NCBI GenBank assembly: GCA_963674945.2
Contig: CAXXWQ010000003.1
Location: forward strand, 32,001-96,000
Direction: 5' to 3'
Length of the DNA stretch: 64,000 bases
From: an uncultured Desulfosarcina sp.
GTDB taxonomy: Bacteria > Desulfobacterota > Desulfobacteria > Desulfobacterales > Desulfosarcinaceae
Positions 59,841 to 64,000 of the stretch are shown one piece after another (positions within the stretch are counted from its first letter, which is position 1; every line of letters starts with the position of its first letter). The translations under genes and the position numbers were made by a program. The notes under the pieces were generated by a model. That model saw only the letters and a program-made list of their open reading frames with translations, was not told the origin of the DNA and ran no database searches.

Positions 59841-61712
59841 CTATTCCTCTTTCTCTTCAGCTTTTTTCGGCGCTACCGTTTTTTTTGCCTTTCCGCCGTA
59901 ACGCCACGGTTTTTGGAGCTTCAGGTGATTCTCCCCGTTTCCGTTTTCGACCTTCAAGGCGAATTCATCCACGAAGACCGTCAAATCGGCACAGATCTCC
60001 TTGATATGGGAGGTGAGAAAATTGTATGCGAAAAGAGCGGGAATGGCCACGATGAGCCCCACAACCGTGGTGGAGAGCGCCGAGGCCACACCTGGCGCGA
60101 TGGCCATGATGTTGGCCTCTCCGGCCTCGGCCATGGCGGCAAAGGTGTTCATGACCCCCCACACGGTTCCCAGCAGTCCCAGAAAGGGTCCGCCGGAAAT
60201 GGCCATGGTCAATACGGTCAGGTTGCTGTTGAGCCGCTTCGTCTCATGGATATAATTTTTCTCCAGTTCCGTGCGCAGGGTCTTTAAAGTCTGTGGTAAC
60301 AGGTGTGCCGAGAAACGATCCGCCTCGCCCTTGCCTTCGCTGCCGCCATTGATCACCGTGCACCCGGCCTGGTGAACGCTGTATAGGCAGGAATTTTTCA
60401 TTTCTTCCCCATCGATTTCAACGGCCACCGGATTTTCCGCAGATTCAAACGCGGAGAGGAAAGCCTCGTTTTCCTTCCTCGAACGGACGAGGAAGATGGC
60501 CTTTCTGACAAACACCACCCAACTGGCCACGGAGAGGATCATCAGCAAGATGATGACCATCAGACCGTCCAGAGTGATATTCTTAAGAATAGTGCCCAGG
60601 TAAAATACGGGCATGCCGGATCCGCCACCTCCCATGACTTCCTCGCCGAAGGTGAAAAAGGCACCCTCGGGTCCCTGGGTGGCAAAGGCAGCCCGGATCC
60701 GATCACCGGATATGGGCTGACTGAAGACACCCACCTCGTCCAGATCGCCGATATAGCTTTGCCCGCCGCCGATGCCATCACCCACGATCAGGTCGCCGGC
60801 AAGGGAAGGGAGCGAGCCTGTCAGGTTGACCCAGGTCATCTCCATGCCGTCCAGAAAAATCGTCATGCGATTGCCGGGCTGGCAGGTGACGATGATGAGG
60901 TGCCATGATCCCACGGGGAGATCCGTGCTTTTTTCGGTGGTGAAGATCTGTTCTTCGGCCCCTTCCAGGGAGGCATAGATCTTGGTGTCCTCGATGCCCA
61001 CAACCAGCATCCCCGAATCGCTTTTGCGTGAGAAGAGCCAGCCGTCGGACTGGGCGAAATTGATCCGCACCCAGGCGGAAAGGGAGAACCCGTTGGAAAA
61101 ATCGAGTGAGGGGGTTCCGGGAATCACCAGGCGATCGCCGGCACCGTTGAGGGTCGTGCAGTTGCCGATCACGCCGGGAAGACCCTGGCCACCGGAGAAG
61201 ATTTCCACGTGGTTGTTGTTGGCCGTGGCGTCGCTGGGCGATCCCTCCACTTCCCCCAGGTGATAGGCGGCCACCTGGGCGGTGTCGTAGGTCCCCCCCG
61301 GATCCTGTCCACCGATGGCGTTTTCGTTGCCGTAGTACATGTAGATGAAGCCCTGGTCGGTATTGCCGGAAATTCGCGACACTTTGACCCATACCAGGGC
61401 GATCTCGTCCAGGGTGTCGATCTTCTCTATGTGGTGCTTGAGCAAAGTCACGTCGTCCGATGCCACGAAGCGAATATCGCCGCCGTCATCCCTGGCGTTG
61501 GTAAAGTTGAAATTTCCCGAATGGAGACGGATCAGCACCGTCACTTCGCTCAGGTTTTCCTGAATCCCCGCACCCGTTTCCGTCGTGTTGAAACCGATTT
61601 TCTTGCGGTATTGCCAGGCATCGTTCCACCAGGCCTCATCTGCCAGTGATACGCCGGGGGCGAGTATGGACAAGAACAATACCGTCAACATCATCTGCCT
61701 GAAAAAACGCAT
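59841..61712 (-). CDS. exbB: DUF2341 + LamG/concanavalin + ExbB (MotA/TolQ) fusion protein
   Basis: WWNDAWQYRKKI, DGGDIRF and YMYYGN (DUF2341-like), a LamG-like middle region, and ExbB motifs GPFLGLLGTVWG and GLIVAIPA. Confidence 0.88.
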   Translation of the reverse strand: MRFFRQMMLTVLFLSILAPGVSLADEAWWNDAWQYRKKIGFNTTETGAGIQENLSEVTVLIRLHSGNFNFTNARDDGGDIRFVASDDVTLLKHHIEKIDTLDEIALVWVKVSRISGNTDQGFIYMYYGNENAIGGQDPGGTYDTAQVAAYHLGEVEGSPSDATANNNHVEIFSGGQGLPGVIGNCTTLNGAGDRLVIPGTPSLDFSNGFSLSAWVRINFAQSDGWLFSRKSDSGMLVVGIEDTKIYASLEGAEEQIFTTEKSTDLPVGSWHLIIVTCQPGNRMTIFLDGMEMTWVNLTGSLPSLAGDLIVGDGIGGGQSYIGDLDEVGVFSQPISGDRIRAAFATQGPEGAFFTFGEEVMGGGGSGMPVFYLGTILKNITLDGLMVIILLMILSVASWVVFVRKAIFLVRSRKENEAFLSAFESAENPVAVEIDGEEMKNSCLYSVHQAGCTVINGGSEGKGEADRFSAHLLPQTLKTLRTELEKNYIHETKRLNSNLTVLTMAISGGPFLGLLGTVWGVMNTFAAMAEAGEANIMAIAPGVASALSTTVVGLIVAIPALFAYNFLTSHIKEICADLTVFVDEFALKVENGNGENHLKLQKPWRYGGKAKKTVAPKKAEEKEE

Positions 61713-61806
61713 GTTCAATTTCCCTATCCCTATGCAATTGTCCTTGGTACCCGCCGCGCGGGCAATATGAAAACCGGTGACGAAAATCTTCTAGTTAGAC
61801 ACCAAG

Positions 61807-61824
61807 TGTTAATGAATGATTAGG
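61807..61824 (-). promoter_or_regulatory. 11-bp-period box pair upstream of the exbB operon
   Basis: TGTTAAT at 61807 and GATTAGG at 61818. Confidence 0.45.
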
Positions 61825-61986
61825 ATAAAAGATAGTTTCTTTAAACCATTGCCGGATGATTTTCTGGAAAGCGTTTACAAGTGACAAGCGATGGATTACT
61901 TAATTGATACCCATGTTTTGATATCGACATTCGATGGTGATTTCTAATTTGGATATTGGAATTTTCTCTTTATCTCCAATAAATGA

Positions 61987-64000
61987 CTACCGATCCTTTT
62001 CCTCGTCCTCATCTTTGCCGAACCCCACCACCTCCACGGCGACCCATTTGGGCACCAGATTTTCGGACATATCGGCCACATAGTCCTGGAAGCGGGCCTC
62101 GGCGTTTCTCATACCCGTTGTTTCTTCGGCCACCTTGCTGGTTTCACTCACGCTGCCAGTACCTGCCAGGGCGGCCATACTTGCTGTAGCCCCGGACGTA
62201 TCAGGCACCCCCACCGATGTTCCGACAACTTCGATATTCTGGGCATTGACCACCTCCTGCGCACCCAGGAATATGTTCTTGCCTTTGATTCCGGCCTCAC
62301 CGGCATCGATTTGGCCTTCGGGCGCAAACAGGTAGATATCTCCTATTTCCGGCTCCTTCATCGGCCCTTCCGCTCCGTCCGGATCGAAGGTCAACGCGCG
62401 AATGCCACTGCCAACGGCGGGGGGCGTGAAAGACACATAAGCATCCCCATTCATATCGAACTTGGTTTCCGGGGAACTGGTACTGATCGCCGTTCGGGAT
62501 CCCCTTCCCGCATTGATATCTCCATCATCCGACCAGACGATGATATCACCACCGCCGAAAGTCACGACCCTGGATTCGTTCACGTTTAAATCGTTCACCG
62601 CATATACATTTACCGAGCCCCCGGATGTCGTATAGATGCCTGTATTTCCGCTCTCCCCGGAATCGAGAGCGGTCTGGCCGACATTAACATCACCCGCGGC
62701 GATGATGTAAACGTCCGTTTGATTGCCGCTGGTGCTGATTTGCGATTTGACCAAATCGATGTCACCCGTGCCATGTTCCTCGTCCGGTATAAGTTCCGAG
62801 ATAATGGTTGCCCGTGTTTCATCGATAATTTCGGTGGCCTCTTTCTGATCGCCATCGGCCAGGGCATTGCTGTAGTCTTCGCCGGCTTTCTTTAACGCTT
62901 CGAAATGATCCGACAAACCGGAAAAATCAATTTCCAAGGCGATTCCCGCCACCACCACGAGATCACTTTCACCATTTGCAAGATAGGGATTGCGGAGTGA
63001 ACCCGTAGATTGAATCCCCCCCGTGGCCCCCAGCGAAATCTGATTGCCAGCTTGGACGATCAGACTGCCGGGGCCAGTGGATTCTATTCCCGTATTTTCG
63101 TCGTTTGCAACCATCGATTCCAGCAAGATGTCATTGCCTGCAAGTACGAAATTCACGTCATTGGCATTGATGGTCTGGCCCAGCATCTGAAAATTGCGGA
63201 TATCGTTTCCGGCTTGGATGGTGGCCTGTTTAGGCAAAATAAGACTTAAATCGAGGATATCGCCTCCCGCCGAAATGTAAATTGGCGTTGCATCATCGGT
63301 ATGGAGCGGTGTTGATGCATGCAGATTTTTATTTTTTAGTCTATTTATGAAATAACTTTTGTCTCGTATTTCGCCAGAATCATTCAAATCAAAAGAGTGC
63401 TCTCCATACACTTCTCCCGGAGCGAGATCCGCCATCAATATCGTGCCCCGGCTACTGCCGGCTCCCACCATACCGGCGCGTCCCTTTATATCGCCCATGG
63501 CGATGAGCGACAGCTGTCCATCTTGGGCGGGCGGCATCGTGAAGCCCGAATAAAGCAGAATATCCCGCCCCGCTTGAAAGCCGACATTCGGCGGAACGAT
63601 GGAAAGTGCCCCACCATTGTAGTAGTCGCTCTCGCCTCGGTATATTGCATTGCCGTTGAGTGCCTCCACGTATACACCGGCATCCTGCGAATAACTTAAA
63701 TTCCATTGAAGATTAAATTCGTCGCTGGCGATGGTGGGATTGATCATGGATCCAATTTGAACAGTTCCTTGGGCAGTTACGGAAAATGAGCTGTCAAACA
63801 GCTCAAACTGCGAGAAAATTTCACTGTAGCTTTGCCCTCCGCCAATGATTTTCCGTTTGCAGCCGAAATCCTCGCCGGCGATCATGCGGCTCTCGAAACC
63901 ACTTTTTACCAAAAAACGGCCGTCTAACGATCCACCCGCATGAACCTCAAGGTTACCATCCCCGAAATTTCCCATGGGGGCATAAATATCTCCGCCGGCC
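61987..64000 (-). CDS. C-terminal part of a large filamentous-haemagglutinin-family protein (DUF3739-like C-terminus), partial
   Basis: The frame is open to the window edge. AG.DI beta-helix repeats, plus VNESRV.T.GGGDI.VWS..GDINAGRGS and AP.G.IDAGEAGI. Confidence 0.85.
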   Translation of the reverse strand, partial: AGGDIYAPMGNFGDGNLEVHAGGSLDGRFLVKSGFESRMIAGEDFGCKRKIIGGGQSYSEIFSQFELFDSSFSVTAQGTVQIGSMINPTIASDEFNLQWNLSYSQDAGVYVEALNGNAIYRGESDYYNGGALSIVPPNVGFQAGRDILLYSGFTMPPAQDGQLSLIAMGDIKGRAGMVGAGSSRGTILMADLAPGEVYGEHSFDLNDSGEIRDKSYFINRLKNKNLHASTPLHTDDATPIYISAGGDILDLSLILPKQATIQAGNDIRNFQMLGQTINANDVNFVLAGNDILLESMVANDENTGIESTGPGSLIVQAGNQISLGATGGIQSTGSLRNPYLANGESDLVVVAGIALEIDFSGLSDHFEALKKAGEDYSNALADGDQKEATEIIDETRATIISELIPDEEHGTGDIDLVKSQISTSGNQTDVYIIAAGDVNVGQTALDSGESGNTGIYTTSGGSVNVYAVNDLNVNESRVVTFGGGDIIVWSDDGDINAGRGSRTAISTSSPETKFDMNGDAYVSFTPPAVGSGIRALTFDPDGAEGPMKEPEIGDIYLFAPEGQIDAGEAGIKGKNIFLGAQEVVNAQNIEVVGTSVGVPDTSGATASMAALAGTGSVSETSKVAEETTGMRNAEARFQDYVADMSENLVPKWVAVEVVGFGKDEDEEKDR

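Noticed and set aside
1..64000. tRNA, rRNA, prophage or integrase genes
   Set aside because: None recognised. Intergenic gaps are short and lack the expected conserved motifs.

Overview
A bacterial window whose gene content and repeat types are consistent with a sulfate-reducing Desulfobacterota such as Desulfosarcina (inference). It has five blocks. (1) 1-3.9 kb: a polyphosphate module (ppk1, sixA) flanked by tiny lysine-rich ORFs, two of which the ORF track misses. (2) 4.2-9.2 kb: a complete IS66 (IRs plus an 8-bp TSD) that splits a 108-codon gene, followed by small hypothetical genes and decayed genes. (3) 9.3-18.4 kb: a 2-aminoethylphosphonate uptake and catabolism operon (ABC transporter, phnX, pbfA-like, phnW) with a frameshifted LysR regulator, and arsC. 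(4) 21-56 kb: a large exosortase/EpsI-associated Wzx/Wzy exopolysaccharide locus. Two vapBC toxin-antitoxin modules sit in it antisense, among recurring 7-, 9- and 24-nt repeat boxes. (5) 56-64 kb: a filamentous-haemagglutinin-like protein, a DUF2341-LamG-ExbB fusion, ExbD, TonB, a putative porin and a coiled-coil protein. The strongest unannotated signal is a CCTAACA-like direct repeat with exact 11-bp periodicity. It occurs co-oriented upstream of genes in all five blocks and suggests one PhoB/OmpR-type (phosphate-starvation) regulon. All functional calls come from motif recognition, not database searches.
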